DNA of 64,000 bases. It comes from Isoptericola halotolerans. Lineage in GTDB: Bacteria; Actinomycetota; Actinomycetes; Actinomycetales; Cellulomonadaceae. Where the stretch lies: NCBI RefSeq assembly GCF_013149785.1, contig NZ_JABEZU010000002.1, positions 558,001 through 622,000 of the forward strand. The letters are read 5' to 3'. A program made the translations under genes and the position numbers. Within the stretch, counting starts at the first letter, position 1. Each line of letters starts with the position of its first letter. This document shows, piece after piece, positions 17,788 through 28,016 of this stretch. A model generated the notes under the pieces. That model did no database searches. It was not told the DNA's origin and saw nothing but the letters and a program-made list of their open reading frames with translations.

Positions 17788-19053
17788 GTGGCGACCCCCG
17801 GTGAGACGACTGTCAGCGGCCGTGACATGGTGCCCGCGAGCGTGCGGGGGGCCGCGGCATGGTCGTGGCGGCTGCTCATCATCGCCGCCGGCGTCGCCGG
17901 CCTGCTGTGGGTCCTGGCGGAGCTGAAGACGATCGTCGTCCCGGTCGCGGTCGCCCTGCTGATCACGATCCTGCTGCGTCCGGTGCGGATCACCCTGGAG
18001 AAGTGGGGCGTCCCCCGCGGGCTCGCGACGACGCTGTCCATCCTCGGGCTGATCGCCTTCGTCACGGGCCTGGTCGTCATCGCCGGTCAGTCGATCGTCA
18101 ACGGGTTCCAGGACCTGTGGGACCAGGCGGTGGCGGGGTACGAGGAGTTCCTCTCGTGGCTGTCAGAGGGTCCGCTGGGACTGGACACCGCCACGCTCGC
18201 GGACCTCGGCAGCCAGGCCCAGGACCTCGTCGCGGACCAGAGCTCCACCCTGATCACGGGGGCGCTGGGCGCCGCCACGACGGTCGGACACGTCCTGGTC
18301 GGGGTCATCATCGCGCTGTTCTGCATCATCTTCTTCCTGCAGGACGGGCGGACCATCTGGACCTGGACCGTCAACCTCCTGCCGATCTCCGCCCGGGAGA
18401 CCGTCCACCAGGCCGGCCGCCGCGGCATGGTGACGCTGTCGGCCTACGTGCGGACCCAGATCCTGGTGGCCCTGGTCGATGCGATCGGCATCGGGGTGGG
18501 GTCGGCGTTCTTCGTCCCGGCGCTCGCGATCCCCATCGGCATCCTGGTGTTCGTGGGGTCGTTCGTCCCGATCCTCGGTGCGATCTTCACCGGTGCGATC
18601 GCCTGCGCCGTCGTGCTCGTCGCCGAGGGGTGGATCGCGGCCCTCATCATGCTCGGCATCGTCCTGCTGGTGCAGCAGGCCGAGAGCCACATCCTGCAGC
18701 CGTTCCTCATGGGTCACGCGGTCTCGCTGCACCCGGTGGGCGTGGTGCTCGTCGTGGCGGCCGGGACACTCGTCGCCGGGCTCATCGGCGCCCTGTTCGC
18801 GGTGCCGCTGGCCGCGGTGCTCAACACGGTCATCCAGTACCTGCACGGGCACGACAAGTTCCCCGAGCTCGGCACCGACGATCACCTGCCGCTCCTGCGT
18901 CGCCGTCCGACGCTCGCCGACCTACCGGGTACGCTCCTGTGGCCGAGCCGGTCCGGCACGTCCGACGACGACGGCGCGCAACCCACCACCTCGGGTGACG
19001 CTCCTGCTGCACCGGCTCCCGACGCCGGACCGGCAGGAGAGAGCAGGTCGTGA
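17788..19053 (+). CDS. AI-2E family transporter
   Basis: AAWSWRLL, FVPILG, QQAESHILQP, LHPVGV; TATCGT-N6-GTG start. Confidence 0.9.
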   Translation: MATPGETTVSGRDMVPASVRGAAAWSWRLLIIAAGVAGLLWVLAELKTIVVPVAVALLITILLRPVRITLEKWGVPRGLATTLSILGLIAFVTGLVVIAGQSIVNGFQDLWDQAVAGYEEFLSWLSEGPLGLDTATLADLGSQAQDLVADQSSTLITGALGAATTVGHVLVGVIIALFCIIFFLQDGRTIWTWTVNLLPISARETVHQAGRRGMVTLSAYVRTQILVALVDAIGIGVGSAFFVPALAIPIGILVFVGSFVPILGAIFTGAIACAVVLVAEGWIAALIMLGIVLLVQQAESHILQPFLMGHAVSLHPVGVVLVVAAGTLVAGLIGALFAVPLAAVLNTVIQYLHGHDKFPELGTDDHLPLLRRRPTLADLPGTLLWPSRSGTSDDDGAQPTTSGDAPAAPAPDAGPAGESRS

Positions 19054-20270
19054 CAGCACCGCACCCGATCCATCGTGTGACCCTCGACGACGTCCGCGCG
19101 GCTGCCGCGCTGCTGGAGCCGGTGGTGACGCGCACCCCGGTCCACCCCTTCCGGGCGCTGTCCCAGCTGGCCGGGGCCGACGTCGTCCTCAAGTGCGAGA
19201 ACCTGCAGCGCGCCGGGTCGTTCAAGATCCGTGGCGCGTACACGCGGCTCGCCGGCCTCACACCGGAGCAGCAGGAGCGGGGCGTCGTCGCGGCCTCCGC
19301 CGGCAACCACGCGCAGGGCGTCGCGCTGGCGGCGGAGCAGCTCGGGATCCCGGCCGTCGTCTACATGCCGCAGGGCGCCTCCGTGCCCAAGCTGGAGGCG
19401 ACGCGCAGCTACGGCGCCGAGGTGCGCCAGCTCGGCGCGACCGTGGACGAGGCGCTGGGCGCCGCGCGGGCCGAGGCGGCCCGCACGGGCAAGGTGCTCA
19501 TCCACCCGTTCGACCACGTCGACGTCGTGGCGGGGCAGGGGACGGTCGCGCTGGAGATCCTCGAGCAGGTGCCCGACGTCGGGACGGTCGTGGTTCCCCT
19601 GGGCGGTGGTGGCCTGGTGGCCGGCATCGCGACGGTGCTGGCGGAGCTCGCGCCGCACGTGCGGGTGGTCGGTGTGCAGGCGGCGTCGGCGGCGGCGTAC
19701 CCGGCGTCGATCGCCGCCGGGCACCCGGTGCCCGGCGATCTCGGTCCGACGATGGCGGACGGCATCGCGGTGGGAACGCCGGGCGACGTGCCGTTCGAGG
19801 TGCTGACGCGGCTCGGGGTCGAGGTCCGCACGGTCACCGAGGACCAGATGTCCAGGGCCCTGCTGCTGGTGGCCGAGCGCGGCAAGCTGGTCGTGGAACC
19901 GTCGGCCGCGGCCGCGGTGGCCGCGGTGATGGTCTCGCCGAACGCCTACACCGGGACCGTGGTGCCGGTCCTGACCGGTGGCAACATCGACCCGTTGCTG
20001 CTCCAGCGCGTCGTCCAGCACGGTCTGGTGGCCGCGGGACGGTACCTGCAGCTCTCGGTACGGCTCGACGACAAGCCGGGCGCGCTGGCGGCGCTGCTGG
20101 AGACGATCGCCGCGGCCGAGGGCAACATCGTGCGGGTGGACCACCGGCGCACCGACACCACGCTCGAGGTGTCCGAGGTGCTGGTGACGCTGCAGCTCGA
20201 GACGAAGGGCTACGAGCACCGCGCGGCGGTCCTGGACCGCTTGCGCACCGACGGCTACCGCATCGGCTAA
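19050..20270 (+). CDS. ilvA: Threonine ammonia-lyase with C-terminal ACT domain
   Basis: KCENLQRAGSFKIRGA, ASAGNHAQG, GGGGL, DKPGAL. Confidence 0.95.
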   Translation: MTAPHPIHRVTLDDVRAAAALLEPVVTRTPVHPFRALSQLAGADVVLKCENLQRAGSFKIRGAYTRLAGLTPEQQERGVVAASAGNHAQGVALAAEQLGIPAVVYMPQGASVPKLEATRSYGAEVRQLGATVDEALGAARAEAARTGKVLIHPFDHVDVVAGQGTVALEILEQVPDVGTVVVPLGGGGLVAGIATVLAELAPHVRVVGVQAASAAAYPASIAAGHPVPGDLGPTMADGIAVGTPGDVPFEVLTRLGVEVRTVTEDQMSRALLLVAERGKLVVEPSAAAAVAAVMVSPNAYTGTVVPVLTGGNIDPLLLQRVVQHGLVAAGRYLQLSVRLDDKPGALAALLETIAAAEGNIVRVDHRRTDTTLEVSEVLVTLQLETKGYEHRAAVLDRLRTDGYRIG

Positions 20271-20330
20271 GCCGCAGGGTCGGCCGACCTCGTCCGAGAG
20301 GCGCGGGCGGAGACGGGGAGCACCTAGAGG

Positions 20331-20421
20331 CGCGAGAAAGGCCCCGCGCACGGTCGTCAAACGCGAAGTGCAGGGCGCGCAGCGCCCGTGAACGCGACCG
20401 TGCGCGGGGCCTCTTCTCGCG
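20331..20421. repeat. Long palindromic intergenic element, same family as 4644-4742 in opposite orientation
   Basis: Arms 20331-20356 and 20395-20421; shared core GCGCACGGTCG-CGTTCAC...CACTTCG...TGA-CGACCGTGCGC. Confidence 0.85.
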
Positions 20422-20441
20422 TCGCCCCGCGCGGTGAGAGC

Positions 20442-20846
20442 TCAGACGGTGGTGGTCTCCGGCTCGGTGATGAGCGGGTAGACACCGTTCTCGTCGTGGA
20501 CCTCGCGGCCGGTGACCGGCGGGTTGAACACGCACACGCACGTGATGTCGGTGCGCGGGCGCACCTTGTGCTTGTCGTGCTCGTTGAGCAGGTACAGCGA
20601 GCCGGGCTTGAGCTGGTGCACCTCACCGGTGGCCAGGTCCTCGATCTCGCCCTCGCCCGAGGTGATGAAGACGGCCTCGATGTGGTTGGCGTACCAGAAG
20701 AAGCTCTCGGTGCCGGCGTACAGCGTGGTCTCGTGCACGGAGAAGCCGACGCCCTCCTTGGCGAGGATGATGCGCTTGGAGCGCCAGTTCTCGCTCTTGA
20801 TGTCGGCCTCGGTGTCGGTGATCTCGTCGAGAGTGCGGACGATCAT
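20442..20846 (-). CDS. ectC: L-ectoine synthase
   Basis: [41 protein letters not shown]. Confidence 0.97.
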   Translation of the reverse strand: MIVRTLDEITDTEADIKSENWRSKRIILAKEGVGFSVHETTLYAGTESFFWYANHIEAVFITSGEGEIEDLATGEVHQLKPGSLYLLNEHDKHKVRPRTDITCVCVFNPPVTGREVHDENGVYPLITEPETTTV

Positions 20847-20887
20847 GGTTCTCCTCGGTCGTGAGAGGTGGGGTGGGCAGGCGTCCG

Positions 20888-22192
20888 TCAGCCGAGGACG
20901 GTGTCGAAGGCCTCGTCGAGGATGGCCAGGCCGCGACGCAGCTCGTCCTCGGTGATCGTCAGCGGAGGCAGCAGCTTGACGACCTCGCCGTCGGGGCCGG
21001 AGGTCTCGACGAGCAGGCCGTGCTCGAACGCGTACTGGGTGACCCGGCCGGCCAGCTCACCGTCGGGCAGCTGCAGCCCGCGCGCCAGGCCACGGCCCTT
21101 GGCGAGCAGCTCGTGGTCGGGGTAGCGCGAGACGACCGAGTTGAAGTGGCTCTCGACCAGCAGGCCCTTGGCCTTGACGTCCTTCTCGAGGGTGTCGTCG
21201 GCCCAGTAGGTCCGGATCGCCTCGGACGCCGTGGCGAAGGCCGGGGCGAACCCGCGGAAGGTGCCGTTGTGCTCGCCGGGCTCCCACACGTCGAGCTCGG
21301 GGCGCACCAGGGTGATCGCCATGGGCATGCCGTAGCCGGAGATGGACTTCGACAGGCAGATGATGTCCGGGACGATGCCGGCCTCCTCGAAGGAGAAGAA
21401 CCCGCCGGTGCGACCGCAGCCCATCTGGATGTCGTCGAGGATGAGCAGGATGCCGTGCACCTTGCACAGGTCCGCCAGGCCGCGCAGCCACTCGGCGCGG
21501 GCGGCGTTGATGCCGCCCTCGCCCTGGACGGTCTCGACGATGACGGCGGCGGGCTCGTTGAGACCGGAACCGGCGTCCTCGAGCATGCGCTGGAAGTACT
21601 GGAAGTCGTCCACGTCGCCGTTGAAGTAGTCGTCGTACGGCATGGGGGTGGCGTGCACCAGCGGGATGCCGGCGCCACCGCGCTTCATGGAGTTGCCGGT
21701 CACGGACAGGGCGCCGAGCGTCATGCCGTGGAAGGCGTTCGTGAAGTTGATGACGGACTCGCGGCCGGTCACCTTGCGGGCGAGCTTCAGCGCCGCCTCG
21801 ACGGAGTTGGCCCCGCCCGGGCCGGGGAAGACGACCTTGTGGTCGAGGCCGCGCGGCTCGAGGATGTGCGAGCGGAAGGTCTGCAGGAACTCGCGACGCG
21901 CGGTGGTCAGCATGTCGAGCGAGTGGACCATGCGGTCGCTCGTGAGGTAGTCGACGAGGATCTTCTTCAGGCGTGGGTTGTTGTGCCCGTAGTTGAGTGA
22001 TCCCGCTCCCGCGAAGAAGTCGAGGTACTCGGTGCCGTCCTCGGCGAACACCGTGGCGCCGACCGCACGGTCGAACACCACGGGCCAGGCGCGGGAGTAG
22101 CTGCGGACCTCGGACTCGAGGGCGGTGAAGCCTGTCGGGTCGTCGGTGGTCGACGCGTCGGTCTGGGGGGTCAGGGTCGTCACGGAGGACAC
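20888..22192 (-). CDS. ectB: Diaminobutyrate--2-oxoglutarate transaminase
   Basis: [38 protein letters not shown]; start may be 22183. Confidence 0.96.
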   Translation of the reverse strand: MSSVTTLTPQTDASTTDDPTGFTALESEVRSYSRAWPVVFDRAVGATVFAEDGTEYLDFFAGAGSLNYGHNNPRLKKILVDYLTSDRMVHSLDMLTTARREFLQTFRSHILEPRGLDHKVVFPGPGGANSVEAALKLARKVTGRESVINFTNAFHGMTLGALSVTGNSMKRGGAGIPLVHATPMPYDDYFNGDVDDFQYFQRMLEDAGSGLNEPAAVIVETVQGEGGINAARAEWLRGLADLCKVHGILLILDDIQMGCGRTGGFFSFEEAGIVPDIICLSKSISGYGMPMAITLVRPELDVWEPGEHNGTFRGFAPAFATASEAIRTYWADDTLEKDVKAKGLLVESHFNSVVSRYPDHELLAKGRGLARGLQLPDGELAGRVTQYAFEHGLLVETSGPDGEVVKLLPPLTITEDELRRGLAILDEAFDTVLG

Positions 22193-22281
22193 TCCTCTGA
22201 GGTGGTGCGCGCAGGTGCTTCGAGTGGTGCGGGGGCTGTGTCGTCACCTGCGCGCGGGACCGGCGCAGCCCGGGGGACCTG

Positions 22282-22821
22282 TCAGTGGCGGAAACCGTCG
22301 ATCACGAGCAGTGGTTCGGCCTCGTGGCCGTCGGGGAAGTGGTGGGCCTCGAAGCCGGGCGCCTCGTGGAGCGTGGCACCGCGGGCTGCCGACCAGCGCT
22401 GGAACACGCGCCGGGAGGACTGGTTGTCCTCGGTGACCGTGGTCACCATCGAGGTGATCTCCGGCTGGTCGTCGATCACGGCGTCGATGAGCCGTCCGGC
22501 GACACGTCGGCCGCGAGCGCGCTCGTCGACGGCGACCTGCCAGAGGAAGTAGCGGCTCGGGTCCCGGGGGAGGCGGTAGCCGCTGACGAATCCGACGACG
22601 TCGTCGCCCAGGAGGGCGATCCGGCACGTGTCGGAGAAGTGGTCGGCGAGCAGCAGGTAGCTGTACGACGAGTTGAGATCCAGCGAACCGGAGTCCCGGG
22701 CGACCCGCCACATGCCCCCGCCGTCGTCGACGGTGGGTCGGCGGATCGTGAGTGGTGCGTCGTCGTTCGAGGCGTCGTTCGGAAGGGTCGGATCGGTCGA
22801 TTGCTCGTCAGAGATTGTCAT
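22282..22821 (-). CDS. ectA: Diaminobutyrate acetyltransferase
   Basis: LDLNSSYSY, FLWQVAVD, FPDGHEAE; first gene of ectABC. Confidence 0.94.
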   Translation of the reverse strand: MTISDEQSTDPTLPNDASNDDAPLTIRRPTVDDGGGMWRVARDSGSLDLNSSYSYLLLADHFSDTCRIALLGDDVVGFVSGYRLPRDPSRYFLWQVAVDERARGRRVAGRLIDAVIDDQPEITSMVTTVTEDNQSSRRVFQRWSAARGATLHEAPGFEAHHFPDGHEAEPLLVIDGFRH

Positions 22822-22947
22822 ACCGAGAACAACCATAGACACGATCGAGGCATAATCCCACCCCTGGCCGGTGAAGCCGAGGTGCGACGTTGACCACAGC
22901 CGCACGATGCCGGGACGTTCGTCCTCCTCCGTCCCGGCACCGTGACG

Positions 22948-23430
22948 TCAGCCGGAGAAGGGCTTGGCGCTGCGGATGAGCACCGGGATGTCGCGCCCGT
23001 TCGGAGCGGTGTAGCTGGTGGAGTCGCCGACGTTCTTGCCGTCGATGGCGGCGCCGAGCGGGGACGTGGGGGAGTAGACGTCGAGGTCCGTGGTGCCGGC
23101 GATCTCCCGCGAGCCCAGCAGGAACGTCATCTCGTCGCCCGCCACCTCGGCGACGACGACCATGCCGGCCTCGACCTTGCCGTCGTCCGCGGGCTGCGCC
23201 ACCGCGACGTTGCGCAGCTTGTCGGTCAGCTCGCGGATGCGTGCCTCGTTCTTGCCCTGCTCCTCGCGGGCGGCGTGGTAGCCACCGTTCTCCTTGAGGT
23301 CACCCTCGTCGCGTGCGGCAGCGATGCGCTCGGCGATCTCGGTGCGGTACGGGCCGGAGAGGTGCTCCAGCTCGGACTTCAACCGGTCGTGAGCCTCCTG
23401 GGTGAGCCAGGTGACGTTGCTCTCGGTCAC
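22948..23430 (-). CDS. greA: Transcription elongation factor GreA
   Basis: WLTQEA, ARDEGDLKENGGYHAAREEQ, SPTSPLG; AAGGAG RBS before GTG. Confidence 0.96.
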   Translation of the reverse strand: MTESNVTWLTQEAHDRLKSELEHLSGPYRTEIAERIAAARDEGDLKENGGYHAAREEQGKNEARIRELTDKLRNVAVAQPADDGKVEAGMVVVAEVAGDEMTFLLGSREIAGTTDLDVYSPTSPLGAAIDGKNVGDSTSYTAPNGRDIPVLIRSAKPFSG

Positions 23431-23609
23431 GAGGGCTCTCCTTTCATGGTGCTCGTGGCCTGCGCCGGGCGGCACGCGTCGGCGCGCCCGGCGGGGCGTC
23501 GGCACGCGCGCCGGACGGCGCAGGACTGCGTGTGAATCCCTCAGGATAACCGACGTGCCGCGCTGCGGTGCCCGCCGCGCTGCTCGCGGTCGTGCCGGGC
23601 CGCTGCGTG

Positions 23610-24038
23610 TCAGCCGGTGGTCTCGCACCCGACGACGTCGGCGGACGTCGCGAGCTCCGAGGTGCCGACCGAGACCTGGTACGCCGAGGTGCGGCTCTCC
23701 GCGGGGCCGACGGCGACGTCGAGGGTGCCGACCTGCGCATAGCTCGGGGACAGGACGTCGACGGTGCAGACCGCTGTCGTGCCGGCCGGCATGTGCACCT
23801 GGAACGTGACGTCGACCTGCTCGGCGTCGACGATGTCGAACCCGACCATCTCGGCCGTGACCGGGTCGGCGGCGCTCTGGGAGAACGAGAACCAGGCGAC
23901 CAGGCCGACGGCGGCCGTCAGGGCCGCGGCGATCGCCAGGGCCCGGCGTCGAGGGCGGGTCCGCGCCGTCGGCCGCACCGTCGCTCGCGCCCCGCCGTAG
24001 CGACCGGCGGGGACGGTGGGGGGCTGCTCGGAGGTCAT
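23610..24038 (-). CDS. DUF4307 domain protein
   Basis: PAGRYG, one TM helix, two Cys; position between greA and mca. Confidence 0.8.
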   Translation of the reverse strand: MTSEQPPTVPAGRYGGARATVRPTARTRPRRRALAIAAALTAAVGLVAWFSFSQSAADPVTAEMVGFDIVDAEQVDVTFQVHMPAGTTAVCTVDVLSPSYAQVGTLDVAVGPAESRTSAYQVSVGTSELATSADVVGCETTG

Positions 24039-24097
24039 GACACCATTGTCCCCGACGAACGCTTGCGTCCCGCACCCTATCCACCCTGGGAGGACCT

Positions 24098-24994
24098 TTG
24101 TCCGGCGAACCACTGCGGCTCATGGCGGTGCACGCGCACCCGGACGACGAGTCGAGCAAGGGCGCGGCCACGACCGCCCGCTACGCGGCCGAGGGGGTCG
24201 AGGTGCTGGTCGTGACGTGCACGGGTGGGGAGCGCGGCGACGTGCTCAACTCGTCGTTCGTCCCGCCGTCGGGCCATGGCTTCGACACGCTCGAGGCCAA
24301 GCGTGCCGTGCGCCGTCTGGAGATGGCGGCCGCGGCCGAGGCGCTGGGGGTGCGTCAGCACTGGCTCGGGTTCGTCGACTCCGGGCTCCCGGAGGGCGAC
24401 CCGCTGCCGCCGCTGCCCGAGGGGTGCTTCGCGCTGCTCCCGCTCGAGGAGGCGTCCGCGCCGCTCGTCGAGCTCGTGCGCGAGTTCCGGCCGCACGTCA
24501 TGACGACCTACGACCCGTCCGGCGGCTACCCGCACCCGGACCACGTCCGGTGCCACGAGGTGGCTTTCGAGGCCTACCACGCGGCGGGCGACGGTGACCG
24601 TTACGTCGTGGACGGCGGCGCCGCGCCGTGGGAGCCGCTCAAGCTCTACTACAACCACGGCTTCTCCATGGACCGGCTCCGTGCCGTGCACGAGGCGATG
24701 GAGGGCGCGGGGCTCGAGTCGCCGTTCGGCGACTGGATCGAGTCGCGCACCGCGCGCGAGATCCCGGAGCGCATCGCCACCACCCGCATCGAGGTCGCCG
24801 AGTTCTTCGCGCAGCGCGACGCCGCCCTGGTCGCCCACGCGTCGCAGATCGACCCGGACGGCTTCTTCTTCGCCGTCCCGCGCGACATCGAGGTGGACGT
24901 GTGGCCCACCGAGGAGTTCGAGCTCGCGGAGTCCCGTATCGAGGTCACGACGCCCGAGGACGACCTGTTCGCCGGCGTGCGGAAGGAGTCCTGA
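24098..24994 (+). CDS. mca: Mycothiol S-conjugate amidase
   Basis: LMAVHAHPDDESSKGA, GGYPHPDH, HASQIDP, EDDLFAG; TTG start after GGAGG. Confidence 0.95.
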   Translation: MSGEPLRLMAVHAHPDDESSKGAATTARYAAEGVEVLVVTCTGGERGDVLNSSFVPPSGHGFDTLEAKRAVRRLEMAAAAEALGVRQHWLGFVDSGLPEGDPLPPLPEGCFALLPLEEASAPLVELVREFRPHVMTTYDPSGGYPHPDHVRCHEVAFEAYHAAGDGDRYVVDGGAAPWEPLKLYYNHGFSMDRLRAVHEAMEGAGLESPFGDWIESRTAREIPERIATTRIEVAEFFAQRDAALVAHASQIDPDGFFFAVPRDIEVDVWPTEEFELAESRIEVTTPEDDLFAGVRKES

Positions 24995-25356
24995 TGTCCC
25001 TCGCCCTGCTGGTCGGTCTGGCCGCCGACGTCGAGCCGTCGCCGTCACCGACGTCGACCACGCCTCCGCTCGAGGACTGGGAGGTGACACCGGGTCTGAC
25101 GGGCTTCCTCGCGACCTTCGCCGTCGCGGCGGCCGCGGTGGTCCTGTTCCTGTCGCTGAGCCGCCACATGCGCAAGGCGAACGCCTACGCCCGGGCGCAC
25201 GGCATCGAGGTCGCCGAGCGCCGGACTATCGGGTTCCGCCGTGACGAGCCCGCACCGGTCTCGGCGGGCAGCCCGGACACGCCGGTCTCCCCGGACGCCG
25301 CCGTCGACGACGGCGGCCCGGACGGGACGGGCGACGGGCGGGGCCCGTCGTCATGA
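24994..25356 (+). CDS. Small membrane protein
   Basis: Coupled to mca (TGATG); VTPGLTGFLATF...SLSRHMRK. Confidence 0.75.
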   Translation: MSLALLVGLAADVEPSPSPTSTTPPLEDWEVTPGLTGFLATFAVAAAAVVLFLSLSRHMRKANAYARAHGIEVAERRTIGFRRDEPAPVSAGSPDTPVSPDAAVDDGGPDGTGDGRGPSS

Positions 25357-26165
25357 CGCGGGTCACCGTCGCGCAGGTGGCGGTCGCGGACGACCACGAG
25401 GCGAACCGCTACCTGGTCGCGGACGCCTTCGGGGCGGCGGCCAAGGTGGGGGCGGACCTGCTCGTCCTGCCGGAGTACGCCTCGGGCTACCACCGGCACG
25501 GGGTCGGCATCGAGCACGCCGAACCCCTCGACGGCCCGTTCGTGACGGCCCTGCGCGCGCTCGCCGAGCGGCACGGCGTGGCGGTCGTCGCCGGGACGAC
25601 GCTGCCGGGCGGCGGGAGCGGTGCTGACCACGGGCCGCACCGCGCGGTGAACGCCGTCGTCGCGGTGGGCGCGGACGGCGGGCTCGTCGGGGTCTACCGC
25701 AAGGTCCACCTGTACGACGCGTTCGGGACGCGGGAGTCCGACCGCCTCGAGCCCGGTCCGGCGGACGCGGAGCCCCTGACGATCCGGGTCGGCGACCTCA
25801 CGTTCGGCGTCATCACCTGCTACGACCTGCGGTTCCCCGAGTCCGCCCGGCGGGTCGTCGACGCCGGTGCGGACGTGCTGCTCGTCCCGGCGGCATGGGT
25901 CGCCGGCCCGCTCAAGGCCGAGCACTGGCGTGCGCTGCTGGTCGCACGGGCGATCGAGAACACCGCGGTGGTCATGGGTGTGGGGATGGCGGGCAAGGGG
26001 GTCACGGGGCGGTCGTTGCTGGCCGGGCCCGACGGCGTCGTCGGGCTGGAGCTGGACGAACGGCCGCAGTACCGCACCGTGGACCTGGACGCCGCAGAGC
26101 TCGCGGCCGTGCGCCGCGCGAACCCCTCGCTGGCGAACCGCCGATACACCGTCGTGCCCCGCTGA
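25353..26165 (+). CDS. Carbon-nitrogen hydrolase (Nit1/YbeM-like)
   Basis: LPE, YRKVHLYDAFG, TCYDLRFPE, ARAIEN; ATGA overlap. Confidence 0.92.
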   Translation: MTRVTVAQVAVADDHEANRYLVADAFGAAAKVGADLLVLPEYASGYHRHGVGIEHAEPLDGPFVTALRALAERHGVAVVAGTTLPGGGSGADHGPHRAVNAVVAVGADGGLVGVYRKVHLYDAFGTRESDRLEPGPADAEPLTIRVGDLTFGVITCYDLRFPESARRVVDAGADVLLVPAAWVAGPLKAEHWRALLVARAIENTAVVMGVGMAGKGVTGRSLLAGPDGVVGLELDERPQYRTVDLDAAELAAVRRANPSLANRRYTVVPR

Positions 26166-26181
26166 CCCGTCGCGCAGGCCG

Positions 26182-26982
26182 TCAGACGGCGGCGAGGTAG
26201 ATGGCGACGGTGTGGCAGGTGAAGCCCACCACCGTCAGCGCGTGGAAGATCTCGTGGAACCCGAACCAGCGGGGGGAGGGGTCGGGGAACTTGGTCCCGT
26301 AGACCACGGCACCCACCGTGTAGGCGAGGCCGCCGCCCGCGACGAGCCAGACGACCGCGGGGCCGCCGGCGGCGCCGAACTGGCCGAGGTACGCGACGGC
26401 CACCCAGCCGAGCGCCACGTAGACCGGCACGTACAGCCAGCGCGGGGCGTTCATCCACAGCACGCGGGCGAGGAGCCCGGCGACGGCGCCGGACCAGACG
26501 ATCGTGAGCAGCACGGTCGCGGTGCGGGTGTCCAGCAGCATCACGGCGAGCGGCGTGTAGGTTCCCGCGATGATGAGGAAGATGTTGGCGTGGTCCATGC
26601 GGCGCAGGACGGCCGCGACGCGGGGTGACCAGTTGCCGCGGTGGTACACGGCGCTGGTGCCGAAGAGCATGAAGGCGCTGAGGCCGAAGACGGCGGCAGC
26701 CACCTTGCCGGCCACGGGCTCGGCCAGGACGACGAGGACGATGCCCGCCGCCAGTGCCAGGGGCGTGGCGACGGCGTGGATCCACCCGCGCAACCGGGGC
26801 TTGAGGCGCCGGGCGACCTCGACCGCGCCCTCGGCGAGTTCCTTCGCCCCCTCGGCGACGCCCGTCGTGCCCTGGGCGACGTCCTTCGCGCTCCGGGCCA
26901 CGTCCTGGGCGGCGGCGGTGACGTCCGTTCCGGTCTCCGGTGCCTCGGCCCGGTGCGACCGGTGCTCGGTTCCTCCTGCCAC
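26182..26982 (-). CDS. Hemolysin III / PAQR (TrhA-like) membrane protein
   Basis: KPRLRGWIH, SAVYHR, DHANIFLIIAGTYTP, FHEIFH. Confidence 0.93.
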   Translation of the reverse strand: MAGGTEHRSHRAEAPETGTDVTAAAQDVARSAKDVAQGTTGVAEGAKELAEGAVEVARRLKPRLRGWIHAVATPLALAAGIVLVVLAEPVAGKVAAAVFGLSAFMLFGTSAVYHRGNWSPRVAAVLRRMDHANIFLIIAGTYTPLAVMLLDTRTATVLLTIVWSGAVAGLLARVLWMNAPRWLYVPVYVALGWVAVAYLGQFGAAGGPAVVWLVAGGGLAYTVGAVVYGTKFPDPSPRWFGFHEIFHALTVVGFTCHTVAIYLAAV

Positions 26983-27026
26983 TGCTTCTCCTTCTCCGGG
27001 GTGGTCGCCCCAGGGGGCGACGGTTC

Positions 27027-27059
27027 AACCTACGGTACCGTAGGTTACGCCGACGTAGG
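27027..27059. promoter_or_regulatory. Perfect 20-bp palindrome AACCTACGGTACCGTAGGTT plus a tandem TACG-N4-CGTA site
   Basis: 27027-27046 is self-complementary; second site at 27046-27057; just upstream of the PAQR gene. Confidence 0.65.
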
Positions 27060-27214
27060 CGAGCTTGGTGGGCGACGACGCACCGTCCTGTGAAGATCGT
27101 GCGAGGACCCGGCGCGGTCCGCCCGGCAGGACGGAGCCAGGGGCCCGGGGCCCGGCACGGGAGCGGTACCGTTGTCCCGATTCGTCACCCGCCTCCCCCT
27201 TGCGAAGGACCAGC

Positions 27215-27976
27215 GTGCGCCTGCCTCACCCGCTGTACAGCCTGTACGAGCGTCGGCTCGCCGGCTCGCTGGACCGCGAGCAGATGCCACGGCACGTCGG
27301 CGTCATCCTCGACGGCAACCGGCGGTGGGCGAAGTCGTTCGGTGAGACCGCCGACACCGGGCACCGCAAGGGGGCCGACAAGATCACCGAGTTCCTCGGG
27401 TGGGCCGAGGAGCTGGGCATCGAGGTCGTCACCCTGTGGATGCTCTCCACGGACAACCTGGCACGCCCCAAGGACGAGCTGGCCAACCTGCTCGACATCA
27501 TCGAGGACGCGGTGAGCGACCTCGCCGGGTCGCGGCGGTGGCGGCTGCGCGTCATGGGCCGCCTGGACCTCCTGCCCGAACGCCTCGCCGGCACCCTGAG
27601 AGCCGCGGTCCGCGAGACCGCGGACGTCGTCGGGCTGCACGTGAACGTGGCCGTGGGCTACGGCGGACGCCACGAGATCGCGGACGCGGTGCGTTCCTAC
27701 CTCAAGGCCGCCCAGGCGGACGGCACCACCCTCGCGGAGCTCGCCGAGAGCCTGGACGTCGAGGACATCGCCGCGCACCTCTACACCAAGGGCCAGCCCG
27801 ACCCGGAGCTGGTGATCCGCACCTCCGGCGAGCTGCGGGTCGGTGGCTTCCTGATGTGGCAGAGCGCGCACTCCGAGCTGTCCTTCGTCGAGGCGTTCTG
27901 GCCCGACTTCCGGCGCGTCGACTTCCTGCGCGCCCTGCGTGACTTCTCCCGGCGTGAGCGCCGGCTGGGACGATAG
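27215..27976 (+). CDS. cis-isoprenyl transferase (short-chain Z-isoprenyl diphosphate synthase type)
   Basis: HVGVILDGNRRWA, LSTDNL, GYGGRHEI, IRTSGE. Confidence 0.93.
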   Translation: MRLPHPLYSLYERRLAGSLDREQMPRHVGVILDGNRRWAKSFGETADTGHRKGADKITEFLGWAEELGIEVVTLWMLSTDNLARPKDELANLLDIIEDAVSDLAGSRRWRLRVMGRLDLLPERLAGTLRAAVRETADVVGLHVNVAVGYGGRHEIADAVRSYLKAAQADGTTLAELAESLDVEDIAAHLYTKGQPDPELVIRTSGELRVGGFLMWQSAHSELSFVEAFWPDFRRVDFLRALRDFSRRERRLGR

Positions 27977-28016
27977 ACCCTCGACCCGCGGCGACGACGC
28001 CCGAACAGGAGCTCCC

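Noticed and set aside
26182..26982. Hemolysin as a virulence toxin
   Set aside because: PAQR/TrhA family housekeeping membrane protein beside the isoprenyl transferase gene
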